Virus record (IMG/VR): IMGVR_UViG_3300050821_015552
Location: 1 to 64,000 of that record
Reading direction: 5' to 3' (one strand)
DNA length: 64,000 bases
Source: a virus
Position numbers and translations under genes: made by a program
The notes under the pieces: model-generated
What the model was told of the DNA's origin: nothing
What the model saw: the letters and a program-made list of their open reading frames with translations, nothing else
Databases searched by the model: none
In this document: positions 8,737 through 17,346 of the stretch, piece after piece
Numbering within the stretch: the first letter of the stretch is position 1
Layout: the number at the start of each line of letters is the position of its first letter

Positions 8737-9770
8737 CCGCCGACCTCGCCCGCCCCGGCCCCTCCCCCGAACTGGTCGAGCGCGTCGCCAGCGTCAAGGC
8801 GTACAGCAAGGCGACGATCACGGAGGGCACGCGGGAGAGCTACAAGCGCCTCTTCCGGGGCTTCACGGCGTGGTGCCAGCAGATGGGCGTCCCGTCGCTG
8901 CCATCGACGCCCGAAGTCATCGCCATGTACCTCGCGGCCCTGGCGGACGGTCAGGTCGTGGTGCGCTGGACGCATCCGAAGACCGGGACCACGCGCGAGG
9001 TCTCGCGCCCACGGAAGGCCGCCTACATCGAGAAGGCGTACTACGCGATTCGCTTCCACCACGCCGAGCACGGCGATGAGCTACCGCAGGCGCACCCCGG
9101 CATCGTGAAGGTGATGAAAGGGATCCGGCGCAAGCTTGGCACCGCGCAGAAGAAGGCGCAGCCGATGACGATCGAGCTGCTGCGGGAGATCCTCACGAAG
9201 TACCACCGGCACCCGCCGGAGAACGAGCTGCGCGACAAGACGATGCTCGCGCTCCAGGTTTGGGGCGGCCTGCGCCGGGGGGAGCTGCTGGCCATCCGCA
9301 TCGAGGACCTGGAGTTCTCGGAACACGGCGTCATCGTCCACCTGCCGCGATCCAAGTGCGACGCCGAGGGCAAGGGCGCCATGGTCCCCATCCCGCGCGT
9401 CAAGGACCCCACCATGTGCCCCGTGGGCTACGTCGAGCGGTGGATCGCCCACCTGGCCGAACTGGACATCCGGTCGGGCTGGCTGTTCCGGCGCGTCAAC
9501 GGCGACGGCCTGATGGGCGCCCAGCGGATGCACCCAGACTCCTGGGGGCCGCTCATCAAGGCCATCGCGGACAACGCCGGGGTCGACGCGAGCCGCATCA
9601 CGACGCACTCGCCCCGGGCGGGGTTCGCGACGAGCGCGGCCCACAAGGGCAAGACGCTGGAGCAGATCATGCGCCACGGGCGGTGGACGAGCGAGCGGCA
9701 GGCGCGGAGCTACATCCGGCCGGCGACGGTGTGGGTCGACAACGCGGCGGAAGGGCTGGCCGATGAGTAG
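8733..9770 (+). CDS. Tyrosine recombinase (Cre-like)
   Basis: GLRRGE, SKCD, HSPRAG, RHGRW, SYIR. Confidence 0.92.
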   Translation: MTADLARPGPSPELVERVASVKAYSKATITEGTRESYKRLFRGFTAWCQQMGVPSLPSTPEVIAMYLAALADGQVVVRWTHPKTGTTREVSRPRKAAYIEKAYYAIRFHHAEHGDELPQAHPGIVKVMKGIRRKLGTAQKKAQPMTIELLREILTKYHRHPPENELRDKTMLALQVWGGLRRGELLAIRIEDLEFSEHGVIVHLPRSKCDAEGKGAMVPIPRVKDPTMCPVGYVERWIAHLAELDIRSGWLFRRVNGDGLMGAQRMHPDSWGPLIKAIADNAGVDASRITTHSPRAGFATSAAHKGKTLEQIMRHGRWTSERQARSYIRPATVWVDNAAEGLADE

Positions 9771-10044
9771 CGAAACGTGGGTCAACGGGCATCTGATCTC
9801 GACCGAAGCGCGCGAGACAACCTCCCACGCGGGCCGCTTCCGCTTCTCGGTGAAGGTGGACGGCAATCCGCTCAGGGACCGCGGTGGACGCGTCCGCACG
9901 TTCGCTACGCGCGTGGGGGCCCACAAGGCTGGCCTCCGCAGTCTCGGCGCGTGGTGGTCGCCAGGTACCACTGGGCCAGGCGGCCTCAGTGTGGAAGCCT
10001 CCGCCGATGACTACAGGCGCGGCGGTGGTACGAAGCGAGACTGA
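9763..10044 (+). CDS. Hypothetical protein
   Basis: Overlapping start. Confidence 0.55.
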   Translation: MSSETWVNGHLISTEARETTSHAGRFRFSVKVDGNPLRDRGGRVRTFATRVGAHKAGLRSLGAWWSPGTTGPGGLSVEASADDYRRGGGTKRD

Positions 10045-10075
10045 ATGAAGTGCCCCCGATGGCGAGGACCAAGAA

Positions 10076-10285
10076 GTGACCGTGATCGCCGCGCCCAGAG
10101 ACGCCTCCTTCTACCGGAGTCCCGACACGCGGTCGACGAAGGTGCGCCATGTGCTCATGCCGGATGGGTACTCTGGGTGCGGCGTCCTGCTCACGGACGG
10201 CGACCTGCATGACGACGCGCGCAACGTCCCAGAGCGAGGCCGGTGCAAGCGCCGTGGATGTGCGGAGCGGTGGCCCGCAAGATAG
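10076..10285 (+). CDS. Small Cys/His protein
   Basis: SD GAGG; H...C...CxxxxC. Confidence 0.6.
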   Translation: MTVIAAPRDASFYRSPDTRSTKVRHVLMPDGYSGCGVLLTDGDLHDDARNVPERGRCKRRGCAERWPAR

Positions 10286-10360
10286 AAAGCGGTGCCCCCT
10301 GTCACGCGCCGCGTCACCTCTTCGGTTGACAGCGGCCCACATCGTCGCCACCCTCGGCCG

Positions 10361-10951
10361 ATGCAAACCCTGATGACCTGGCTGCTGGCATTCATTGCAG
10401 CCCACGCCACCCCGGCCCCCAAGTGCTCCACCGTCAACGCGGAGTGCTCCGCCGCAGTCGCCGACGTCGACAACGTACGCATCGCCGCCGCCCAGCACGC
10501 GCTGGCGGTCGCCATGGACCCCGACGAGGCACCCCTGTTCGCTGGCCCTGACGGGCGCGCCAAGACGGCGCTCGAGCTACTGGCCATTGCGACGCACGAG
10601 AGCGGTCTGCAACCGCGCCTCTGGAACAACGTCTGCCGCCCCCGCGAATGTGACGGCGGCCGGGCGACCGGAGAGCTGCAGCTTCACCTGGGCAAGTACG
10701 GCGTCGAACTCGTGACCGACCGATGGATCCGGCCCTGCACACAGATCGAACAGGCCAACTGCATCGACGCCGCCGACGTGCAGGAAGACCACCGCAAGGC
10801 GTTCATCGTCGCCCTGCACATGCTGCGCGGCGGAGGGCTCGAGGGCTACACGGGGCAGCCGACCGCGGGGCCGGCGCCTACGTGGATCCGCAAGGCCGTC
10901 AGTGACTGGGTCAACGCGCATCCGGTGCCGGTGGCGGTCGGGCTCGACTAG
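10361..10951 (+). CDS. Secreted lysozyme-like/transglycosylase-fold protein
   Basis: Hydrophobic N-terminus; AIATHESG and GELQLH motifs; leaderless promoter TTGACA-17-CACCCT-6-ATG. Confidence 0.6.
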   Translation: MQTLMTWLLAFIAAHATPAPKCSTVNAECSAAVADVDNVRIAAAQHALAVAMDPDEAPLFAGPDGRAKTALELLAIATHESGLQPRLWNNVCRPRECDGGRATGELQLHLGKYGVELVTDRWIRPCTQIEQANCIDAADVQEDHRKAFIVALHMLRGGGLEGYTGQPTAGPAPTWIRKAVSDWVNAHPVPVAVGLD

Positions 10952-11205
10952 ACCGTCAGCCTCGCCCTGCACCCCCTGGGCCCCACGTGCACGGGCCTGG
11001 CAAGGCCCTGGCGCAGCTCCAGGTAGCCGCCGCAGGCGCACGTCTGCACGCGCTCGGCCGGCAGCGGCTGGACGGCGTACGGGGGCAGCGGGGGGCGCCT
11101 GGGGGCGTGCTGGCGGAAGAGGTACCCCACCGGCAGGTACTCCGGACGGCCCAGACGCGCTGCCTCGGCGAACAGCTCGGCGATTTCGGTGGGGGTGACG
11201 ATCAC
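10948..11205 (-). CDS. Hypothetical protein
   Basis: Last gene of a coupled minus-strand operon. Confidence 0.5.
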   Translation of the reverse strand: MIVTPTEIAELFAEAARLGRPEYLPVGYLFRQHAPRRPPLPPYAVQPLPAERVQTCACGGYLELRQGLARPVHVGPRGCRARLTV

Positions 11206-11408
11206 GTGGCTGCCTTGGTGCATCCGTCGGCGCCGCACCCCGCGCACGCGACGCAGCCGACCATCGTGTATCCGAGCGCCGCCATCCGCTCGTCGTTGCA
11301 GTCGCAGTCGAACGACTCCTTGCAGCACTCGCAGACGTGCGTGTGCACCGGGTTGCCGTTGCCCTCGACGTCCCAGTCCTTGATGGTGCGCTCCTCCGGC
11401 GTTCTCAC
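11202..11408 (-). CDS. Small Cys-rich protein
   Basis: HVCECC...CDC...CVACAGC. Confidence 0.6.
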   Translation of the reverse strand: MRTPEERTIKDWDVEGNGNPVHTHVCECCKESFDCDCNDERMAALGYTMVGCVACAGCGADGCTKAAT

Positions 11409-11596
11409 GACTGACTCGCCAAGTCGTCCAGCCGCAGCGCCTCGATGCCGGGCCCCGTGACGTACCAGGAACCCTCGAGCCAGAAGCCCCACCCCATGCG
11501 AACGCACTCCGCGAACGTGGCGTCGCTGACGGGGCCCTCACCGGGTGGGCCCGCCTCGCGCAGGGCGATGCGTTCTTGGTCGGTGAGGCGCCTCAT
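11405..11596 (-). CDS. Small hypothetical protein
   Basis: 4-bp overlaps on both sides. Confidence 0.65.
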   Translation of the reverse strand: MRRLTDQERIALREAGPPGEGPVSDATFAECVRMGWGFWLEGSWYVTGPGIEALRLDDLASQS

Positions 11597-11823
11597 GGCT
11601 GACGCTCGACCATCTCGAAGAACTTGCCGAAGTCGTGCGCGGTGTAGAGCCCGATCGCCTTGATGTTGTCGGCCACGTACGCGCGCCCGAGAGCGACGAC
11701 GTTCTGGCGCGCCTCCGTCCGCACCGCCTCGATCCGCCTCTTCAGCAGCTCGTACGCGTTGAACTCGCCGAGCTCCTGCAAGTCGGCGCGGTGGGCGGCG
11801 ATGAGCTTGTCGATGTCGATCAT
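11593..11823 (-). CDS. Small hypothetical protein
   Basis: Coupled ORF; codon bias. Confidence 0.7.
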   Translation of the reverse strand: MIDIDKLIAAHRADLQELGEFNAYELLKRRIEAVRTEARQNVVALGRAYVADNIKAIGLYTAHDFGKFFEMVERQP

Positions 11824-12167
11824 CGCTTCACCAGTCGAAGGTTGGGACCTGGTGCCGGCGCCTGTCCGGCTACCAGCGCCCTCGACTCACGCGCCAACCG
11901 CTCGATGCGCGCACGCGTTGCGGTCTGCTTGCGGCGAGCCTCCTGAAGTCGCGAGCTACCGTCCCACTTCGGCGGCTTCTTCGACACGCCGTGAGCGTTG
12001 TACCAGGTGCCGGTGGTGCCCTGCAGCTGCATGGTGTGCGCGGCATGCTTGCGGACGAAGGCGCGCAGTGTGCCCTTGTGAAGCACCTTGCCAAACCCGA
12101 CGGCCCGCTTGGCGACGCTGCACGTCTCGCACACGACGACGGCGATTCCAACCTGTGGCCACCTCAT
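11820..12167 (-). CDS. Hypothetical protein (CxxC...HxxH)
   Basis: Coupled ORF. Confidence 0.65.
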   Translation of the reverse strand: MRWPQVGIAVVVCETCSVAKRAVGFGKVLHKGTLRAFVRKHAAHTMQLQGTTGTWYNAHGVSKKPPKWDGSSRLQEARRKQTATRARIERLARESRALVAGQAPAPGPNLRLVKR

Positions 12168-12430
12168 CGACTCAGCGCCTCCCTCGCCGCCAGCACCACC
12201 AGATCCGCGTACGCGAGGCCATCAGCGGCCTCGGTACGCCCCGCCTTGCGCAGCTCGCTCTCGACCATGCAGAGCGTGGCGTGGGCGCGGGAGAGGGAGG
12301 CGGTGTCGAGTCGGGGCGCGACGACGCGCTCGCTTCCAACATCACCCGCGCTGCTTCTCTCGTCGCTCTCAGAGTTGTCGCGCACTTGCATCATCGCCGA
12401 TTGGACGGACCACCATCCTGCCACATTCAA
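12164..12430 (-). CDS. Hypothetical protein
   Basis: First ORF of the minus operon; start uncertain. Confidence 0.5.
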   Translation of the reverse strand: MNVAGWWSVQSAMMQVRDNSESDERSSAGDVGSERVVAPRLDTASLSRAHATLCMVESELRKAGRTEAADGLAYADLVVLAAREALSR

Positions 12431-12503
12431 AACGCCTCCGCCTGTGGCATTTTGCCTTGCAGGATGACGGACGGGGGCGGTAGGGTCGGGTCGTCTGTGA
12501 GGT

Positions 12504-12697
12504 GTAGCAACCGAGCAGACCGCTGCTTCAATCCGGGCCGCGCGATCAGTCTACGGGGCCGGTCCCCCTCCGGCGATTGCTACCGCGTGGTCCTCGAGCG
12601 GTCCGGATTGAAGCAGCGTCGTCCTCTCGCCGAAAAGGGGTCTGTCGATGCAAAGCGCGGCTGCGGTGTCTGCTCTGAACGGTGACGCGGAGGTAGC
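12504..12697 (+). ncRNA. Structured RNA in the primase leader, C4/CI-antisense-like
   Basis: 21-bp stem 12521-12541/12598-12618 (one G-U); outer stem gagcagac/gtctgctc; internal ttgctac complementary to upstream gtagcaa. Confidence 0.55.
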
Positions 12698-12700
12698 GGC

Positions 12701-14896
12701 ATGATGGCCGCGCAGCTGCCGAAGCCTCCCGAGCTTCGCTTCTTTCCGCTGCACGACATCCTCGAAGGCCCCGCTTGCACATGCTCCCAAGGGGCTGCGT
12801 GCGAGCGCATCGGTAAGCACCCGGCCGTGCGCTGGCGCACCTACGACGAGAACACGAAGGCCCAAGGAGGCGGCTACGGCATCCAGACGGGCCACTTCAA
12901 CGGCATCTTCGTCATCGATCTCGACGTCAAGCCAGCCAAAGATGGCAAACCGGCCAAGGACGGCATCGCCGCACTGCTACAGCTCGCAGCCGGGCAACCC
13001 ATCCCCGACACGCTGAGCGTGCTCACGCCCTCGGGCGGCGTGCACCTGTACTTCCGCCTGCCACCCGACGTCTACGTGCCCACCAGCCACAGCGTGCTGG
13101 GCCCCGGAATCGACATCCAGAGCGAGGGCAGCTTCGTCGTCGGACCCGGCTCCCCGCACAAGCTCGGCGGAGTCTACAAGGAGGAGCCTGGCGGCGTCCT
13201 GGCCGATCCACCCGACTGGCTCCTTGAGCTCGTCGTCGGACAGCCCAAGCCTCGACAACCGCTGACGACCGAGCACTACACCGTCGACCCCGAAAGCCCC
13301 CGAGGCGTCCGGGCCATCGCGTGGGCCAAAGAGTACCTGCTCAAGGCCGAGCCGGCCGTGCAGGGGCAGGGAGGCAGCAACAGGTTCTTCGCCGTCTGCT
13401 GCCATCTGATGCTCTCCGCGCTGCCGCTCGACACGCTCAAGCACCTCATCGAGGAATACTACAACCCCCTCTGCCAGCCCGAATGGTCCGAAGAGGAAAT
13501 CGATCACAAACTCGCCGACGCAGACAGAATCGAGACCAGCCCCCGGGGCCTCTGCTCGCCGGACTTTCTCGATCAGATGTACCGCCGGACCAAGAACACG
13601 TCCGCGCGAGAACCCGATCCAACGCACGAGTACAGCTTCGAGCCCGGGATGCGCGGCAACACCGAAACGCGCAAAGCATCGCTGGGCGAAGTCACGGCCG
13701 ATCTCTTCGACCACGAGGATTGGGCGGGCGTCTTGATGTTCGACAGCCTCCGCGACCGCGTTGTTGCCGTCAATCCGCCGATGCGGATGGATGCCGAGAC
13801 GCCTGCAGGTCTATCGAACAACGACGTGCAGCTGGTGCGCGTGTGGCTCGAGTACCACGGCAAGAAGCTCAACGCGCAGGACGTCAGCGCAGCCATCGAA
13901 GCCGTCGCTCGGCGCCGCAAGTTCAACCCCATCCAAGACATGCTCGAGTCACTGCAATGGGATGGCGTGCCGCGTCTGGATCGCGTGCTGCCCGAATACT
14001 TCCAGTCCGCCGACGGTCCTTACGAACGCGGCATCGGACCCCGCTGGTTCATCTCGCTGGTTGCGCGGGCCATGACACCCGGCTGCCAGAGCGACTGCAC
14101 CCTTGTCCTTGAAGGAGAGCAGGGCGATGGCAAGACCCGAGCCTTCCGCACGTTGATGCGCGATCCTTCCTGGTACGCGCTCTGCTCGTGCGGCGTCGAC
14201 AGCAAGGACTTCTTCGAGAACCTGCGCGGCGTCTGGCTGATGGGCTTCGACGAGCTCGACTCCCTGAGTCGCGCGTCGCTGACGAAGGTCAAGACCGTCC
14301 TCACAGCGACAAGCGACAGGTACCGGCAATCGTACGGGCGCAACTCCGCCGACTACCTCCGAGCATGCGGCTTCTGCGGCTCGACCAACGGCGCGCAGTA
14401 CCTCAACGATCCAACCGGGGCTCGGCGATTCTGGCCCGTCAAAGTGCTGCGAGAGATCGACTACCAACGCATCGCCAGCGATCGCGACCAGCTCTGGGCC
14501 GAAGCGTTCGAACGTTGGAGCGAAAGAGAGGCGTGGCACGTCAACACGCCGGAGCTACTCGCGCTCTGCAAGGACGAGCAGGAAGCGCGCCTCGAGATCG
14601 ACGGCTGGGAGGAGAAGATCCAGCGTTGGTTCGACGACCCCACCAAGTTCTCCCGCACCGCCGTCGTCGTCGAACCGGGCAGCGTGTTCAAAGGCGTCAG
14701 GCCCTTCGACGGCTCCCAGGGGGTCACGACCGCCGACGTACTGGAGCACGCCGTCGGCAAGCTTGTCGGTCAGTGGACCACCGGGGACGCGATGCGCGTT
14801 GGAAAAATTCTGCAGCAACGGCTCAAGATGAAACGCACACGAATTAGAACTGGAAAAAATACCCTAGAATGGCGCTACCTGTTTTCAACTACTTAG
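12701..14896 (+). CDS. Primase-helicase: bifunctional Prim-Pol N-terminus plus VirE/VapE-type ATPase
   Basis: GKHP, VIDLD, TPSGGVHLYF, GIDI; Walker A GEQGDGKT, Walker B FDELD, STN and DPTGARRFWPV. Confidence 0.9.
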   Translation: MMAAQLPKPPELRFFPLHDILEGPACTCSQGAACERIGKHPAVRWRTYDENTKAQGGGYGIQTGHFNGIFVIDLDVKPAKDGKPAKDGIAALLQLAAGQPIPDTLSVLTPSGGVHLYFRLPPDVYVPTSHSVLGPGIDIQSEGSFVVGPGSPHKLGGVYKEEPGGVLADPPDWLLELVVGQPKPRQPLTTEHYTVDPESPRGVRAIAWAKEYLLKAEPAVQGQGGSNRFFAVCCHLMLSALPLDTLKHLIEEYYNPLCQPEWSEEEIDHKLADADRIETSPRGLCSPDFLDQMYRRTKNTSAREPDPTHEYSFEPGMRGNTETRKASLGEVTADLFDHEDWAGVLMFDSLRDRVVAVNPPMRMDAETPAGLSNNDVQLVRVWLEYHGKKLNAQDVSAAIEAVARRRKFNPIQDMLESLQWDGVPRLDRVLPEYFQSADGPYERGIGPRWFISLVARAMTPGCQSDCTLVLEGEQGDGKTRAFRTLMRDPSWYALCSCGVDSKDFFENLRGVWLMGFDELDSLSRASLTKVKTVLTATSDRYRQSYGRNSADYLRACGFCGSTNGAQYLNDPTGARRFWPVKVLREIDYQRIASDRDQLWAEAFERWSEREAWHVNTPELLALCKDEQEARLEIDGWEEKIQRWFDDPTKFSRTAVVVEPGSVFKGVRPFDGSQGVTTADVLEHAVGKLVGQWTTGDAMRVGKILQQRLKMKRTRIRTGKNTLEWRYLFSTT

Positions 14897-15076
14897 CTCG
14901 TTTGTTCCCGCCTGATCCCACCTAAAGGGCTACCCCCTGGAGGGGGTGAAACCGTACTGGCTAGCGTGCTGTACCATACCGTACACGTAAGACATACATA
15001 CAGGTAGGAACAGTAGGAACGTTGGAACTAGGAATGAATTTCAATGAGTTGCAAAGTTCCCACTGTTCCTACCTGT
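14897..15076. other. Candidate replication origin
   Basis: AT-rich; 21-bp inverted repeat 15000-15020/15056-15076 (1 mismatch); tandem GGAAC units; directly after the primase. Confidence 0.6.
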
Positions 15077-15424
15077 CCAATCGCGGTTTTCCTGCCGATC
15101 CGCGCCGTTTCCGCGCTCAACGCGAGGGAGCACTGGTCAAAGTACGCTCGCCGGGCGGCCGAGCACCGCGCCCTGGCGAGGATGCTGCTGACGGCACCGC
15201 TGCGCGGCATGTCGCTGCCCGTGCGGGTGACCTTGACGCGCGTGGCGCCCAGGCAGCTTGACGACGACAACAACCAGGGGGCCTGCAAGAACGTGCGCGA
15301 CGGCATCGCCGACGCCCTCGGCGTCGATGACCGCACGCCGCTCGTGATCTGGGTGTACGAGCAGCGTCGGGGCAAACCGCGCGAGTACGGTGTCGAGATC
15401 GTGGTCGAGAAGATTTCGTCTTGA
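15044..15424 (+). CDS. rusA: RusA-like Holliday junction resolvase
   Basis: LDDDN...K...DGIADALGVDD motif; start uncertain. Confidence 0.7.
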   Translation: MSCKVPTVPTCPIAVFLPIRAVSALNAREHWSKYARRAAEHRALARMLLTAPLRGMSLPVRVTLTRVAPRQLDDDNNQGACKNVRDGIADALGVDDRTPLVIWVYEQRRGKPREYGVEIVVEKISS

Positions 15425-15459
15425 CGCCACGCTCGTCCGTCTGTAGAACCTTTTCTCCA

Positions 15460-15639
15460 GTGGCTTTCAAGAGCGTCAAGCTGAGCGAGACGGCGTACAA
15501 CGAGATCGGCGAGCTTCAGGCGCTTCTCGTCAAACACGGAACCGGGGTACTCCCGGTCTCGTTGCGACCCGACAAAACCTCTTTCGACAGCGTCGTGCGG
15601 ATGGCCGTTCGAGCGCTGCGCAAGCGAGTGCGTACGTGA
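15460..15639 (+). CDS. Small ribbon-helix-helix-like DNA-binding protein
   Basis: KSVKLSETAY...SFDSVVRM; promoter TTGACG-17-TAGAAC upstream. Confidence 0.55.
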   Translation: MAFKSVKLSETAYNEIGELQALLVKHGTGVLPVSLRPDKTSFDSVVRMAVRALRKRVRT

Positions 15640-15661
15640 GACCTTCAGCACAGATCCCGCA

Positions 15662-17092
15662 ATGAGGCTCTCCGCCTCCCAGATCCAGACCTTCACCGAG
15701 TGCCAGCGCAAGTGGGCGTGGCGAGTGCTCGATGGCGTCGAGGAGCCGCCCAACAAGGCAGCGGAGCTCGGCGGCCAAGTGCACGCCGAACTCGAGAAGT
15801 ACCTGCGCGGAGAGTCGATCGACTTCACGACCGAGCTTGGCTACATCGCGGCGTCCGGCTTGCAGCACCTGCCCGCACCCGGCACACCGGGGCTTCTCAT
15901 CGAACAAGAGTTTCATTTCGAGGGCCCTTCGGGGCACACCTACCTCGGTTACAAAGATCTCGAAGAACCCGGCATCGTCACCGATCACAAGACCACGAGC
16001 GATCTGCGCTGGCAGAAGACCGAGGACGAGCTGCGCCTGGACATCCAGGCGACGCTCTACGCGGTCGACTACTTTCGCAAACACCCGGAGGAGCCGCATG
16101 TCGGGCTGCGATGGGTCTACTACCAGACCAAGAACACGAGAAAGAGCGCGGTCACGCACATTCGCGTGAGCCAAGCCGAAGTCTGGCAACGTTTCCTCGC
16201 GATCGAACAGATCGCCGAGCAGATGGATGCCGCGACGCAACCGAAGGAAAACGGAGAGCCTGTCCGAGCTCTCGATCTGCCGCCGAACATCAACCATTGC
16301 AGCGCCTACGGTGGGTGCCCTCATCAGGGGCGCTGCAATCTCAGTCCTTTCGACAAAATGAGGTCCCACGTGGAACAGAACAAGCTCACGGCCCTGCTCA
16401 AGAACAAGACCAACGGCGCTGCTCAGCCGGCGCCCGGCGCTGCCCCCGCAGCGGCTCCCGCACCCGCCGCCGTGCCGCTGGCCTTCCAGCCCGGCGGCGC
16501 GCATCACGGGACCGCTGCGGCGAGCGCGCCTCCGAGCGGCGGCAACAAGCTCCTGGCCAAGATGCGTGCAGCCGGGGCTCCTGCGGCAGCGGCCGTCGCC
16601 GTCGTGCCGGCGGCCATCAATCCGCCCGAGTTCCAGCCGCCCCCCGCTGCCGCGCCCACGCCAGCCCCTGCTGCGGCTTTGCCGGCCACCGTCGCCGAGG
16701 CAGGCCAGGAGCTCGCGGCGTCGCTAACGGCCGGAGAGGCCCCCGAGGCCAAGCGCGGTCGCGGACGCCCGTCCAAGGCGTCCCTGCCCTCGACGGGGCT
16801 CGCTCCGAAGATCAAGACGCTCTACATCAACTGCGGCCCCGTCGGCGTCGAGATCGTGGACGCCTCGCAGATCATCGTGCTGGCCAAGCAGCGCGTCACG
16901 GCCGAGCGCGGCCTGGCCGACTACCGCTTTGCCGACTTCGGTCACGGCCCCGGCATGCTTGCCGTCGCGGCGGTCGCGGCGCTCGACGCGCTGCCCGGTG
17001 TGCTGCCGGCGGTGCGCCTCGACACGACGACGCCCGAGGGCGCTGTCATCGCCACGGAGTTGACGGCCCGCGCCGAACTGGTGGTGAGGTGA
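15662..17092 (+). CDS. PD-(D/E)XK exonuclease (RecB/Cas4-like) with Pro/Ala linker and AT-hook
   Basis: LSASQ...C, GYKDL, DHKT, QATLY, C-x5-C-x5-C; KRGRGRP. Confidence 0.8.
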   Translation: MRLSASQIQTFTECQRKWAWRVLDGVEEPPNKAAELGGQVHAELEKYLRGESIDFTTELGYIAASGLQHLPAPGTPGLLIEQEFHFEGPSGHTYLGYKDLEEPGIVTDHKTTSDLRWQKTEDELRLDIQATLYAVDYFRKHPEEPHVGLRWVYYQTKNTRKSAVTHIRVSQAEVWQRFLAIEQIAEQMDAATQPKENGEPVRALDLPPNINHCSAYGGCPHQGRCNLSPFDKMRSHVEQNKLTALLKNKTNGAAQPAPGAAPAAAPAPAAVPLAFQPGGAHHGTAAASAPPSGGNKLLAKMRAAGAPAAAAVAVVPAAINPPEFQPPPAAAPTPAPAAALPATVAEAGQELAASLTAGEAPEAKRGRGRPSKASLPSTGLAPKIKTLYINCGPVGVEIVDASQIIVLAKQRVTAERGLADYRFADFGHGPGMLAVAAVAALDALPGVLPAVRLDTTTPEGAVIATELTARAELVVR

Positions 17093-17346
17093 ACGAGTGC
17101 ACGTGCGAGGGACCGGGCCAGTGCCAGGTCCACGACGTCACGCCCGAGAACACACCCGGTGACGTGCCGGAAGTTCTGCACGACGACAGCCGCCTGTGGG
17201 ACGCGGTCTACGCGGCGGCGTGGGTGTCGGACTTCCGAGCCGCGAGGGCAAACGGAGAAAGCTTCGGTAGCGCGCTGGAGAAGGACCATGCCAAGGCGGC
17301 GCGCAGGATCGCGGACGCAGCGGTGGCGCAGCTCAGGCGACGATGA
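17089..17346 (+). CDS. Small hypothetical protein
   Basis: 4-bp overlaps on both sides. Confidence 0.6.
   Translation: MNECTCEGPGQCQVHDVTPENTPGDVPEVLHDDSRLWDAVYAAAWVSDFRAARANGESFGSALEKDHAKAARRIADAAVAQLRRR

Noticed and set aside
15662-17092. Cas4 / CRISPR system
   Set aside because: No repeat-spacer array or other cas genes; the replication context fits a phage exonuclease.
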